Of a stretch of DNA of 64,000 nt, positions 52,513 to 64,000 are shown piece by piece. Below the pieces are notes generated by a model. That model made no database searches, was not told the DNA's origin, and was given only the letters and a program-made list of their open reading frames with translations. This DNA comes from Octopus sinensis (Eukaryota). The DNA lies in assembly GCF_006345805.1 (NCBI RefSeq), contig NW_021832995.1, positions 1-64,000 of the forward strand, in the 5' to 3' direction. Positions within the stretch are counted from its first letter, which is position 1. Each line of letters starts with the position of its first letter. The position numbers were made by a program, and so were the translations under genes.

Positions 52513-54696
52513 GGCAAGTTTGAAGATTGCCTCACAAGAATTAAAGATATCCTCATGAATCTGGACACCACGTGACCATATTTCTTATGGGTGATTTCAC
52601 ACTCCCAACGCAAATGGCCCGAAGGTCACATACTCTCAGGAATGAATCATTGCAAGAAAGTACAGGTGGAGTCCGTGCTCAACCTCACCAATGCCTTATT
52701 CATGGAGCAAGTTGTACTCAAGCCAACTAGGGCGAATAACATTCTGGTCTCTGCTTCACGAACAATATGGACATCATTCATGATGTGAAAGTGACACCGA
52801 CATCAGTTTCGGATCAACCATAATAGAGCTGTCTATGTTTGGGCCGAAAGTAACCAGAGACATACAGCCTAAAGGAAGCACCCGAAATCTCCAATCTGAC
52901 TTCCACAAAGCAGATTGGAAATCGATCCAAAAAGAGATCCTCAGAGAGGACTGGCCGGAATGTCTCTCCACACCAGACATTGACATGAAACTAGAATGTT
53001 TCATGTCTTCTGTGCAGCCGTATGCCAGAAATATGTCCCAGAGCACAAGGCCAAAACAAATAGGAGCAAGATTCCAAGAGACAGGAAGATCTTATGAGAC
53101 GACGGACGAAGGTTGCAAATCGTCTCAACCAACATCCCAAAAGTAGCGAAACGTCCCGCCTAAAAAAAACAACACTGGGAGATCGAAAAAAGGCAGCGAC
53201 AATCCTATGTGAAGGAGAAAGACAAAGAAAGCCTGGTTTATAAAAAACATTAAATCAAACCCAAAGGCCTTCTTTCATTACGCGCAAGAACAGTCTCAGT
53301 GCACTACAAGATAGGATCCCTCCTCCAAAAGTGATACCCAGTGATACCCAGCATGGTTTTCGACCAGATAGGAGCTGCCTGACCCAGCTCTTACAACATT
53401 ATGACTGAGTGTTGAGGCAGTTACTCAATAAATCAAATGTGGACGGAATCTACTTTGATTTTGCAAAAGCTTTTGACAAGGTGGATCATGGTATGATATG
53501 ACACAAACTGCGTGACCTCGGCATAGCTGGAAAACTTGGAGTGTGGTTGCATGACTTCCTGAAAAATAGGAGTCAGGCAGTAGTGGTTAATGGAACCACC
53601 TCTATGAACACACAAATAGTGAGCGGTGTTCCACGGGGCACTGTCTTGGGACCACTGCTTTTTATAGTGGCCCTCTCAGATATGCCCTCAAATGCCCGGA
53701 TAGCCACTCTGGCCAGCTATGCAGACGATACGAAAGTCTCTCATAAAATACCGAACCCAGCGATTTTGCACACCTGCAGCAGGAATTGGACTCAATCTAC
53801 AGATGGGCTGAGGATAATAATATGCAGTTTAATGCTGAAATTCCAGCCTCTGCTACCAGCATCCAAAACTGAATATTAAACTTACAGGATACACAGGTCC
53901 ACAGGGAATTTCAATCCCAGACCCTAAGTCTGTGAGGGACCTGGGTATCAACATGAGTGATGATACCTTTTTCCAAGTGCACATTACCAGGATGGCGACA
54001 AAGTGCAGACGGCTGGCTGGGTGGATCCTAAGAACATTCAGAATCAGTGATAAGGAAACCATGATGGTCCTCTGGCGGACATTCGTCCTCAGCCGCCTGG
54101 ATTACTGCTCACAGCTATGGTCACCCACCAGTGTAAAATTAATAGCGGACCTTGAAGCAATCCAGAGAAGATTCACAAAGAAGATCGTCTCTTTGCAACA
54201 GCTCAGGTACTGGGAAAGGTTGAAACAGCTAAGACTCTACTCCCTGGAGAGAAGACGGGAGAGGTATGCAGTAATATATGTCTGGAAGATCCTGGAAGGA
54301 ATTGTGCCAAATTTTGGCATTGCAAGCTACACCAATGCTAGAACGGGACGACACTGCATAGTGCCAAAGATTCCAGCAATGCCATCACGCTTCAGGACCA
54401 GCTTCTGCAACAGCCTGGGTTTCAAGGGCCCACAGCTTTTTAATATTCTCCCAAAGAGTCTGAGGATCTTTCACAAAGTAGATGTAGCGGTTTTTAAATC
54501 AAAGCTGGACATCTTCTTGTCAAGAATCCCAGATGAACCTACCTCACGGCAAGAGGTGCAAATGAGAGTAGCTATATCAAACTCCATTCTTCACCAAGTG
54601 CCACATATCAGACGAGGTTCTTCGTAATAACAGTGTAGCACAAAACGGCAGTGCATCAGCATGGCTGCAGCTCTGAGCTGAAACTAGAGAAAAAAA
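52513..54696 (+). mobile_element. Degenerate CR1/L2-group LINE (APE C-terminus to 3' end, internal deletions)
   Basis: FLMGDF, YFDFAKAFDKVDHG, SGVPRGTVLGPLLF, SYADDTK, SRLDYCSQLWSP, LERRRERY and a 3' stem-loop. Confidence 0.93.
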
Positions 54697-54870
54697 TATA
54701 CATATATATACATTATACATTATATATATATATATATATTATATATTATATATATATATATATACATATATATAAATATATAATATACATATATATACAT
54801 ATATATATACATATACATATATATACATATATATATATATACATATATAACATATATGTATATATATACA

Positions 54871-54948
<78 letters not shown>

Positions 54949-55356
54949 TACGGATGGATGGAAGAAATAGTATAAAGTAAACAACATGAACTAAACGATT
55001 TATGTATTTATAAATAAATATAATTGCATTATAGTCAAGCCGTTGCCTAAACTTTGACAAATGATGCATCAAAGTAGAGAATGAGGTCGGCTGCATTTTA
55101 CACATCTGACTATTGAATTAACATTTATTTAGCTGCATGTCAGTGCAGCTCTGCACGAATGCCTCGCTGCATTTATGTCATTTCCTGGAAATATTTACGG
55201 CTGTTAATACGCAGATGTGAGATGTGTATTCAGATCTACTTTGCAAGCATGTTGCGTTTGAGTGTATATGTGCATATAAGTATATACACATACACGTTAT
55301 ATAGATATATATATATATATCTATATATATATATATTATATATGATATATATAGAT

Positions 55357-55393
<37 letters not shown>

Positions 55394-55500
55394 TGAGATG
55401 TATATATACATACATGTATACATACAGAGTGTATACATACAGGTATCTGTCCTAAGATATTTGAGGACAGATTTATGTTTATAAAAATAATGATATATAC

Positions 55501-55695
55501 TCTTTAACTCTTTTACTTGTTTCAGTCATTTGACTGTGACCATGTTGGAGCACCGCCTTTAGTCGAGAAAAGGGACCCCAGGACTTATTCTTTGTAAGCC
55601 TAGTACGTATTCTATCGGTCTCTTTTGCCGAACCGCTAAGTTACGGGGGACATAAACACACCAGCATCAGTTGTCAAGCGATGTCTGGAGGACAG

Positions 55696-55760
<65 letters not shown>

Positions 55761-55930
55761 CATATATACGACGGGATTCTTTCAGTTTCCGTCTACCAAA
55801 TCCACTCACAAGGTTTTGGTTGGCCCGACGCTCTTGTAGAAGACACTTGCCGAAGGTACAACCCAGTGGGACTGAACTCGGAACCATGTGGTTGGTAAGC
55901 AAGCTACTTACCACGCCGCCACTCCTACAT
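55501..55930 (-). mobile_element. SINE family A
   Basis: Complete reverse-complement copy. Confidence 0.9.
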
Positions 55931-55993
55931 CTTGTAGCCACTCCTTTATTTATCAAAAAATATGAGTATAAAAATAAATTATTTTCTGTAATG

Positions 55994-56525
55994 CTATTCA
56001 ATAAAACCACCTTCAGCTTCAACGTGAGAGCTAAATCATCTGCATACTCGAATCAAGTGGTTCTGGTTCATTTTGGACATTACTATGACTATGGTAGCTT
56101 TCAAAGAATCTGGAGTTATAGGCATGTTCATTGACCTCTCTCTTAACAACACTCCACATTTAATAATCCAATGAGATCTGGGGAATTAGGAGGCCAAATG
56201 TTAGGGGTTATGTGATCATAAAAATGTTCAACCATCCATTCCTGTGTTACAAGAGCCATGTGCGTTAGTGCAGAGTCTTACGGAAACACATAAGGCCTCC
56301 CATTGCAAACACTGGCTTTACAATTATTAACAGGACATCAATGTAGGCGGCAGAGTTAACTCTAAGGGCTTGTGGAAAGAAACAAGGAGGCATCACATGT
56401 CCTTCGTCGCTGACAACTCCTGAAACCATGGCAGTAGCAGGAAATTTTGTATGCATAACACTTGGAACTTCAGAAGGATCTGCAATAATCTTAGCTTTGT
56501 TTTTCCTTGGGACTTGCCAGATTAA
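55994..56525 (-). pseudogene. maT/DD37D-like transposase C-terminal relic
   Basis: ADPSEVPSVMHTKFPATAMVSGVVSDEGHVMPP..GRPYVF.*DSA..TQEW..WPPNS.DL..LDY.MWSVV..EGGFIE*. Confidence 0.8.
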
Positions 56526-56905
56526 AGCAATCTCAAGAATAATCAACCGAAATTGCGAGGATAACCTTGTGCTTGACTGAGGATAGAGGGCTGCCAATGA
56601 CCCGTCCTTGTTTTCTTTGTAGCGTCTATCTAGATGTTTTGTTGTCCCTGGATGTTATTCATTCTTGTCCAATTTGTATTATATATATATGTATATTTGG
56701 CGTACGTACACTTTGGTTTCTTATATGTAAGTACACATATTTATATATACTTATAAGTATATATATACGTAATATGTGTCGTATGTATATATATATGTGC
56801 AACACACACACACATATATATATTACATATAAATATATATATATATATATACATATTATATATATACATATATATATATAGATATTATATATATATATAT
56901 ATATT

Positions 56906-56944
<39 letters not shown>

Positions 56945-56947
56945 TAT

Positions 56948-56989
<42 letters not shown>

Positions 56990-57208
56990 TATATACATAT
57001 ATATATTAAAAAAAAGGAGATGTCGAACACGAGTGGTGGTGATATAAAAAAAGGAATGAAGAATGCTGACAAATAATTGAAGTAGTAATTTAGTATTTAA
57101 TTAGGTGAAAGTTCTTTTTACCGGTTGCGCATTTGTTATGCTTATCAAAATATAAAAGAGAGATTAGAGTTCCTTTCTTGGATATATATATATAATATAT
57201 ATATAATC

Positions 57209-57239
<31 letters not shown>

Positions 57240-57401
57240 GTATATATATAGGTATATATTATATACATATATATATACATATATATATACATATATATAT
57301 ACACATATATATACATATATATATCACATATATATACTATATATATACATATACATATATATCTATATATTATATATAAACATACATACACAGACACACA
57401 T

Positions 57402-57432
<31 letters not shown>

Positions 57433-57466
57433 CATACATACACAGACCACATTAATATATATAGAT

Positions 57467-57519
<53 letters not shown>

Positions 57520-57965
57520 TACATACATACAGAGACACACATTTATACAATTATGTAGGGGTATGTATGTTGTATTACATACACATTTAGTAATTTATGA
57601 TGTGTAGTAACGAAAAAACGGAAGGGAATGCATGAAGCAGGAGAGAATAAAATAATAAAAAAGGAGATTGAAGATAATAGAGTGAAAGTGAAACATCGGT
57701 ATTATCTCGTTGGTATTTTCTTCAGGTTAATAAAGCTATTATGACGGACATGTTGCAACACTACCTTCTTTTATGTGTACACACACTCGGGGGCACAGGC
57801 GAACACAAACACACACACAAATATATATATATATATATATACACACACATATGTATATATGTATAAATGAGTATATATATATATGCATGTATGTATCTAA
57901 TATATATGTGTGTGTGGTTATGCGCATGTATTATATATATATTATATATATATATATATATGTGC

Positions 57966-58015
<50 letters not shown>

Positions 58016-58331
58016 ATATGTATATATAAATAGATACATATATATAGATATAATGATAGGTACATAAAAACATACACACTCTATATATCACATACATACA
58101 TATAGATATATTCATATGTATATATATATATATATATAGATATATATATATATATACATACATACACATACATACGTGTGTGTTTGTGTGTGTGTATCTA
58201 TCTGTATACGTATATTTATATATATGCACACACTTATATTCAGAACATATATATATATATACTTTTAAACTTATATATGTGTGCGTGTGTGTTCGTGAGT
58301 GTCTGTGCACATTAGCATATATGTATGTATG

Positions 58332-58365
<34 letters not shown>

Positions 58366-59399
58366 GACAAACACATGCATGTGTGTGTATTTTTGCTTCT
58401 TTTTCTTCACATAGCAAAACAAATGACGCTTGGCAACAGGAAGGTCATCTGCCGGAGAAAATTTGCATCAACGAATTAGAAAAGCTTGACAAAGCTGATC
58501 TGTGTGCATTTATATGTGTCTGTAGGTGGCTCTCTTGTTTTAAGATAATCAGGATTTCGTAAGCGATGCTGAAGATATCGTTTTTTGAAAGTCTCTCCAT
58601 CTATCTCTGGATTAAAAAGACAATATTGATTGATGCTAAATGTTTTAAATTGTACTTGGTGGAAGCAAGTAGCCCTGTCGTTTATGATCTTAACTCTCAT
58701 TCACCGCTACGCAGCAGGAGTGTGTGTTTAAAGGAAAGAAACTTAGAGCACTGCTTACACTCCGAAATGAGTTCGGGTCTTTTGTTTAAAACTACGATGT
58801 AGGGGGTTAAAAATATGACGTTTCTCTGTGAGACACAAATTTCAGCATTTCAGAATGTTCGTATCACTTGCAGGAACATTCCAAAATAATACGAGTCAAG
58901 CTTATAATATTCACTAAGTGATGCTGGTCGTTTCTTCTTTTTATCCTTTCAGCTGCAAATGTATATAAGTGATGAGAAGGACTTGCGATGATGGAATAAA
59001 TGGAATTGTTGCATGCATGTTTTAATGGATGCATTGTGAGCGTGTGTGTTTTTGTGTGTGTATATGTGTGTGTGCGTAATTGCGTAAATCGAAGAATCTC
59101 ATATCATCTACTTTATACTGCTTGATATTGATGTAATATATTCCAGGTTATACCTGGCGTACATTACGCATATCTCTACACAAGAGACAGATTTCTTCAG
59201 TAAAAAACTGAATCTTGGATGAATTACTTCGAAGTGTTAAGAATTAAAGATATGACTGATGCTTTAATCTTACTCTTCTTAAGTATTGATAGCCCACCTG
59301 CCTATCTACTATGTATAGAGGAATTAGGAGTGCAGGTGTATGTCTTTTAATGTATACATGTATATGTAAATACATGTGTGTGTATGTATGTGAAATATA

Positions 59400-59437
<38 letters not shown>

Positions 59438-59439
<2 letters not shown>

Positions 59440-59845
59440 TTACTCTCTTATTCTTTTACTTGTTCAATCATTTGAGTGCGGCCATGCTGGAGTACCGCCT
59501 TTAGTCGAGCAAATCGACCCCAGAGCTTATTCTTTGTAAGCCTAGTACTTATTCTATCCTTCTCTTTTGCTGAAACGCTAAGTTATGAGGACTTTAACAC
59601 ACCAGCATCGGTTGTTAAGCAATGTTGGGAGGAGGGACAAACAGACACACAAACATATACACACATACATATACATGTATATATACACATATACGTCGGG
59701 TTTCTTCCAGTCTCCGTTTACCAAATCCACTCACAAGGCTTTGGTTGGCCCGAGGCTATAGTAGAAGATACTTGCCCAGTGGGACTGAACCCGGAACCAT
59801 GTGGTTGGTAAGCAAGCTACTTACCACACAGCCACTCCTGCGCCT
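59438..59845 (-). mobile_element. SINE family A
   Basis: Reverse-complement family A motifs. Confidence 0.9.
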
Positions 59846-59897
59846 ATATATATAAGAGAACAAAGTGTACGTAAGCCGCTTTATATACATATATATA

Positions 59898-59932
<35 letters not shown>

Positions 59933-60975
59933 CAAATATAGTACATACAAAGATGGGTTGAAGAAGAGAAAAAGCTGTTCCTTTAATATATATTGAAAGA
60001 ACGACTAGTTTTGTTTTTTATCTTTATCTTTTATTGAAGTTTTGTTTTATTTCCGCGTAATTTCTTTGGAATCCTAATCTTATTTCGAATCCTAATCTTC
60101 GCTTCATATGCTTCTAAATGATGTGATTGGAGTTACTGACAGTATTTATACATACAAATTATAGTTAACAGGACTGATTCTTTGCTAGTGGTGATACTAG
60201 CGACAGTTATCGTTTCGGAGACATATATAAAAAGAGAGAGAGAGGGGAAGAGAGAGAGAGAGAAAAGAACTCAAAAGAAAAATAGGTAGACCCCATATTG
60301 ACAAGTGTAGAGTGGGTTGAACGACAATACTTTGAAAATTAGTTTCACGTAACACTCCTATTCGTTTGCATTTAGAAATAATAGTAATACAATATCAAAC
60401 TTTAAATGCGTTTAGCCATCAAAAAGAGAAATGATGAGTGACAAACAGAGTGAGTGAGTGAAAAGAATTGAAAGAATTGATACCAGTATTGGATGGTATT
60501 TTATCTATCGGTTCAAAAATGCTGAGGGGCAAAACTGACATCGATAGATTTCGAACTCTGAACGAACCAAGCAGGAATGAATTCGACGAGGAATTCTATT
60601 CTGCTCTTTAAAAAGTCTTTCAACTTGCCATCTGTAGATAAAAGAAATGAAAAGTTACTTTCACTTTCATTCCTTTCATATTTGATATCATGTCGATATT
60701 ATAACCTGAATGATATCGGCAAACTACAAACGAGAGAAATCAAGATTCATTTCAATTCTAGACAGTTTCCGGCACACTGCTATTGACCCGCTAAAAACTT
60801 ATAACCTAGGTCACAGTTTTAGAGAGATGATGGCTCTGATAGGTTTAAAGTACCCATGATACACCGTCTGTTACGAGAGCTGCCCTAAAGCTAGCTCCAT
60901 CAGGAGTTGAGCATACAAAGAATTAGCATCGTCAGTATATCAAGTGACAAGGGCAAGTCTGATATGCGTACATAC

Positions 60976-61088
60976 CTCTAGGAGGTACATAACAAACGCC
61001 CACAGTACAAAATAATAGCATGCCTGTGCACCGGATATGCACAGCACCAGGAAACATTGCAACTGTGGTACGAGAAACATTATGTAAC
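60976..61088 (-). CDS. Candidate internal exon of a family-B/adhesion-type GPCR (end of TM2, ECL1, TM3)
   Basis: Acceptor TTTGAATTTCAG and donor GAG|GTATGT. The open frame (G)YIMFLVPQLQCFLVLCISGAQACYYFVLWAFVMYLLE fits the 7tm_2 TM3 spacing C-x8-YF-x-L-xx-F-x5-E. No neighbouring exons were confirmed. Confidence 0.5.
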
Positions 61089-61186
61089 CTGAAATTCAAA
61101 CGTATAACGACATATTATCTCATGTTATACAAAACAGCGAACTGCAAGAATCGGTAGAGGAACGAAATAATGCCTACCTTGCCATA

Positions 61187-61665
61187 TTTACTCTTTTACT
61201 CTTTTACTTGGTTCAGTCATTTGACTGCGGCCATGCTGGAGCACCGCCTTTAGTCGAGCAAATCGACCCCAGGACTTATTCTTTGTAAGCCTAGTACTTA
61301 TTCTATCGGTCTCTTTTGCCGGACCGCTAAGTTACGGGGACGTAAGCCCACCAGCATCGGTTGTCAAGTGATGTTGGGGGACAAACAGAGACACACAAAC
61401 ACACACATCTATGTACATATACATATATACGACGGTCTTCTTTCAGTTTCCGTCTACCAAGCGATGTTGGGGGGAGGCAAACAGACACACAAACATATAC
61501 CCACACATACATATACATATACGACGGGCTTCTTCCACTCAAAAGGCTTTGGTCGGCCCGAGGCTATAGTAGAAGACACTTGCCGAAGGTACCCCGCAGT
61601 GGGACTGAACCCGGAACCATGTTTTTGGCAAGCAAGCAACTTACCAAACAGCCACTACTGCGCCT
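61187..61665 (-). mobile_element. SINE family A with an internal duplication
   Basis: The segment GATGTTGGGGG..ACAAAC..GACGG.CTTCTT occurs twice (about 61369-61460 and 61461-61536). Confidence 0.88.
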
Positions 61666-61768
61666 ATAAGAATATTTAGCGATATTCTGTTTTCGAATCA
61701 CGTCGAAATCATCTTTACTTTTTGTTTAACCGAGATCGAAAAAATATAAATTGAGTAGAGTAATCCGG

Positions 61769-62090
61769 TTATATTCACAACAACACACTGCAGACAATAG
61801 ACAAGGTGGATTCTAGAATTTAGACCAAGATAACAAGAAATATTGTTGATTTGATCTTTCTGGCAGTCATTTCTGTTCGTTTTATATTCGTAACAACATA
61901 CCGCAGACAACAAGCAAGGCGAATGCTCGAATTTAAATCATGACAACAAGAAATGTTGTTGGTCTTCCTGGCAGTCACCTGTGTTCGTTATACATTAGCA
62001 ACCATATTCTCCAGACAGTAGATAATGTGGCCGCTAAAATTTGTACCAAGAGATCAAGAAATGATTTTGGTCTTTCTGCATATCGTTTGC
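61769..62090. repeat. Old degenerate tandem triplication (units of about 105-112 bp)
   Basis: The anchors CAGACA, AATTT, CAAGAAAT and TCTT.CTG recur in each unit (starts 61769, 61881, 61989). Confidence 0.75.
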
Positions 62091-62526
62091 CTTCAGTTGA
62101 GTAGATTATCAGTAATAGCTAGGATCTTTTCATATAATGTGGAACTCATTACAGGACTCTAATCAATTCACTGATCCTGCATTTAAAAGATATTATCTTT
62201 ATGTAATAATTGACTTCTAAGAGAGTTACAATGGTTTAAAATCTTCTGCGGCCCAAGATCCCAGATAAGCTAATACCACGGCAAGAAACTCAATTGAGGG
62301 CAGCAATATCGAATTACCTCATTCATCGAAAGCCAACCAAATAGCAATGCTTGCTGAAAAGGCGATGTTACTGATGATGCCCCAGTATGAAACACATAAA
62401 GGAATAAGGGAATAAATGTAAATATGATATATATATTATCCGAGATGTATAGTATTAAATATCCATCACGGCTGGTCTTACGGTTTCGCGTAAAGAAATA
62501 CTAAATCAAATTTCACACAATATAAT

Positions 62527-62860
62527 ATATATATAAAAATTAGAAAAAAACTACCTTTTATCAATTCAAAATGACCAATTAAATTACACCATCTAGAAAA
62601 TTACATATGATAGAAATATTAAAATTAAAATAACAATAAAATATCAGTAATTAAGTAAATTGCAAAAAAATAAAATAAAAAATAATAATAGGTACCTATT
62701 ATATACGCTTTTATTATTCTTTTTACAATTTACATAATTATTCATATTTTATTGTTATTTTAATTTTAATATTTCTATTATATGTAATTTTCTAGATGGT
62801 ATAATTTAATTGTTCATTTTGAATTGATAAAAGGTGTTTTTTTACTAATTATATATATAT
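62527..62860. repeat. About 334-bp AT-rich spacer-less imperfect palindrome
   Basis: Centre AATAGGT|ACCTATT at 62693/62694. The arms pair in register out to about 62527 and 62860. Confidence 0.9.
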
Positions 62861-62926
<66 letters not shown>

Positions 62927-62933
<7 letters not shown>

Positions 62934-63382
62934 TTGTATACTGTCACTTAACGTGACACCACCGCTGTTTAGCCCTAGGAAGCATCGAACGCTTTTGTCG
63001 GCTTTGACTCATTTTCTGTGTCCTTATATTTGTGAAGGGGAGGCAAGCACACCCACCAGCCAAGATTCACACCTGAGGACATGCATGTTTCGGGGTCTTA
63101 ATAGATTTCACAGTAAATATATATATTTGTGAAGGCTAGACAGGCACCTCAGTCAGCAGATCTCACTATCCTGGGCTGATGACGGGTTAAGACCCAGAAA
63201 CACGCATGTCCTCAGGTGTGAATCTTGGCTGTTAGGGGTGCTTGCCTCCCCTTCACAAATATAAGAACACAGAAAATGTGTCAAAGCCGACAGGAAGCGT
63301 TCGATGCTTCCTAGGGCTAAACAACGGTAGTGTAATTCCCATACGGGACTGTCACGTTAAGGTGACAGTATACAACCACTCT
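62927..63382. mobile_element. Hammerhead-containing element with an inverted partial copy of itself
   Basis: 62927-63101 is an inverted copy of 63187-63382, with a 19-bp indel. The forward unit 63102-63382 carries the hammerhead. Confidence 0.8.
63123..63262 (+). ncRNA. Type I hammerhead ribozyme with a long interrupted stem I
   Basis: CCTGGG-CTGATGA(63176-82)-C/GGGT/TAAG/ACCC/A-GAAA-CA/CGCA/TG-TC^(63210)-CTCAGG. Stem I continues through further helices to a perfect 13-bp helix, 63123-35 with 63250-62. Confidence 0.85.
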
Positions 63383-63448
63383 ATCGCTCCACCACCGCTC
63401 ATGTCTCTTGGAGACATTTAGAAATTTAATATTTCTGATATATATAAA

Positions 63449-64000
63449 CAGTTGCGGCCTAAATGTTCAGAACGGCATTGTTTTCGTCAGAAAAGTAGAT
63501 ATAAATTCTTATCAAAGTTGTTTTATATTCTATAATTTTCACAGACAATAAATACGATATTATTTGTTATTGCCTAAGATTTGATTTTGGTGTAATTTGA
63601 GAGGATAAAACAAAAGTTATGGATGATTTAGTGATTTACTGCAAAACCCATGGCGGCCAAAATGATCAGAACGGTTGCTTTTACTCCGTGCTTTAGTATA
63701 TTTAACCGGCGAACTCTAATGTTTTGAATTTGTTTACGTGACGGTTCGTTTACTAAACATTAGTAAGAATATTTGCAGTGTACTTTGTTAATATAATGCC
63801 ACTTACTCCGTTACCAATTCGTCAGCAGATTATTAACCTTCAAAGGAAGGATAATTTAAGTATTGGATCTATTGTAAAGATTGTTAACAAGTCAAAAAGT
63901 GTTGTACACGGTATACTTAAGGTCTACGATGATTGTGGTTCGTGTGAAACAAGAAAGTTTACAGGTAGGCCAAGAAAAACGACCAAGAGAGAAGATCGTG
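63449..64000 (+). mobile_element. 5' end of an IR/DR-type Tc1 transposon (runs off the window)
   Basis: CAGTT terminus and 22-bp direct repeats GCGGCC.AAATG.TCAGAACGG at 63454 and 63653, followed by a transposase start. Confidence 0.85.
63796..63999 (+). CDS. Tc1 transposase N-terminus (paired-like HTH plus GRPR), open to the window end
   Basis: MPLTPLPIRQQIINLQRKDNLSIGSIVKIVNKSKSVVHGILKVYDDCGSCETRKFTGRPRKTTKREDR. Not in the supplied ORF track. Confidence 0.85.
   Translation, partial: MPLTPLPIRQQIINLQRKDNLSIGSIVKIVNKSKSVVHGILKVYDDCGSCETRKFTGRPRKTTKREDR

Noticed and set aside
58476-58620. Minus-strand terminal exon (IDGETFKKRYLQHRLRNPDYL..) and a plus-strand CTGAAGA..GAAA motif
   Set aside because: The exon phase does not join the GPCR-like frame and has no homology support. 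The motif lacks stems II and III.
60250-60370. Minus-strand WGLP as GPCR TM4
   Set aside because: It is out of frame with the only nearby acceptor, and the following hydrophobic residues come from a (CT)n tract.
62365-62500. CTGATGA-TGC/CCCA/GTA-T-GAAA at 62371 and the minus-strand ACGCGAAACCG motif
   Set aside because: Stem III and stem I need long loops or bulges. Kept only as a possible relic.

Overview
Repeat-saturated, AT-rich animal genomic DNA. The tRNA-headed SINE families and the (TA)n/(AAT)n/(AGAT)n load look like an octopus (coleoid cephalopod) genome; this is inference from pattern recall, not a database match. Most of the window is microsatellites and transposable elements: three SINE families, at least five CR1/L2-group LINE subfamilies (one with APE plus a 466-aa RT ORF), an I/Jockey-group RT relic, several Tc1/mariner elements (mellifera-type mariner MITE, DD41D-like, maT-like, IR/DR Tc1, pogo MITE), a piggyBac MITE carrying a nested 8-bp-TSD MITE, and Penelope-like relics with inverted pseudo-LTRs. 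Nearly all ORFs in the supplied track are microsatellite artefacts. The only plausible host coding exon is a 113-nt minus-strand exon resembling TM2-TM3 of a family-B/adhesion GPCR (60976-61088). The most notable signal is a set of type-I hammerhead ribozyme motifs from about eight unrelated repeat families. These include a 308-nt unit bounded by hammerhead cleavage sites with retrozyme/circRNA-like architecture (11601-11913), a hammerhead capping a 140-nt rod (63123-63262), a 132-bp palindrome of two back-to-back hammerheads (38668-38799), and a U3:A8 covariant core in an inverted Penelope LTR pair. All RNA structures were read by eye; none was computed or tested.
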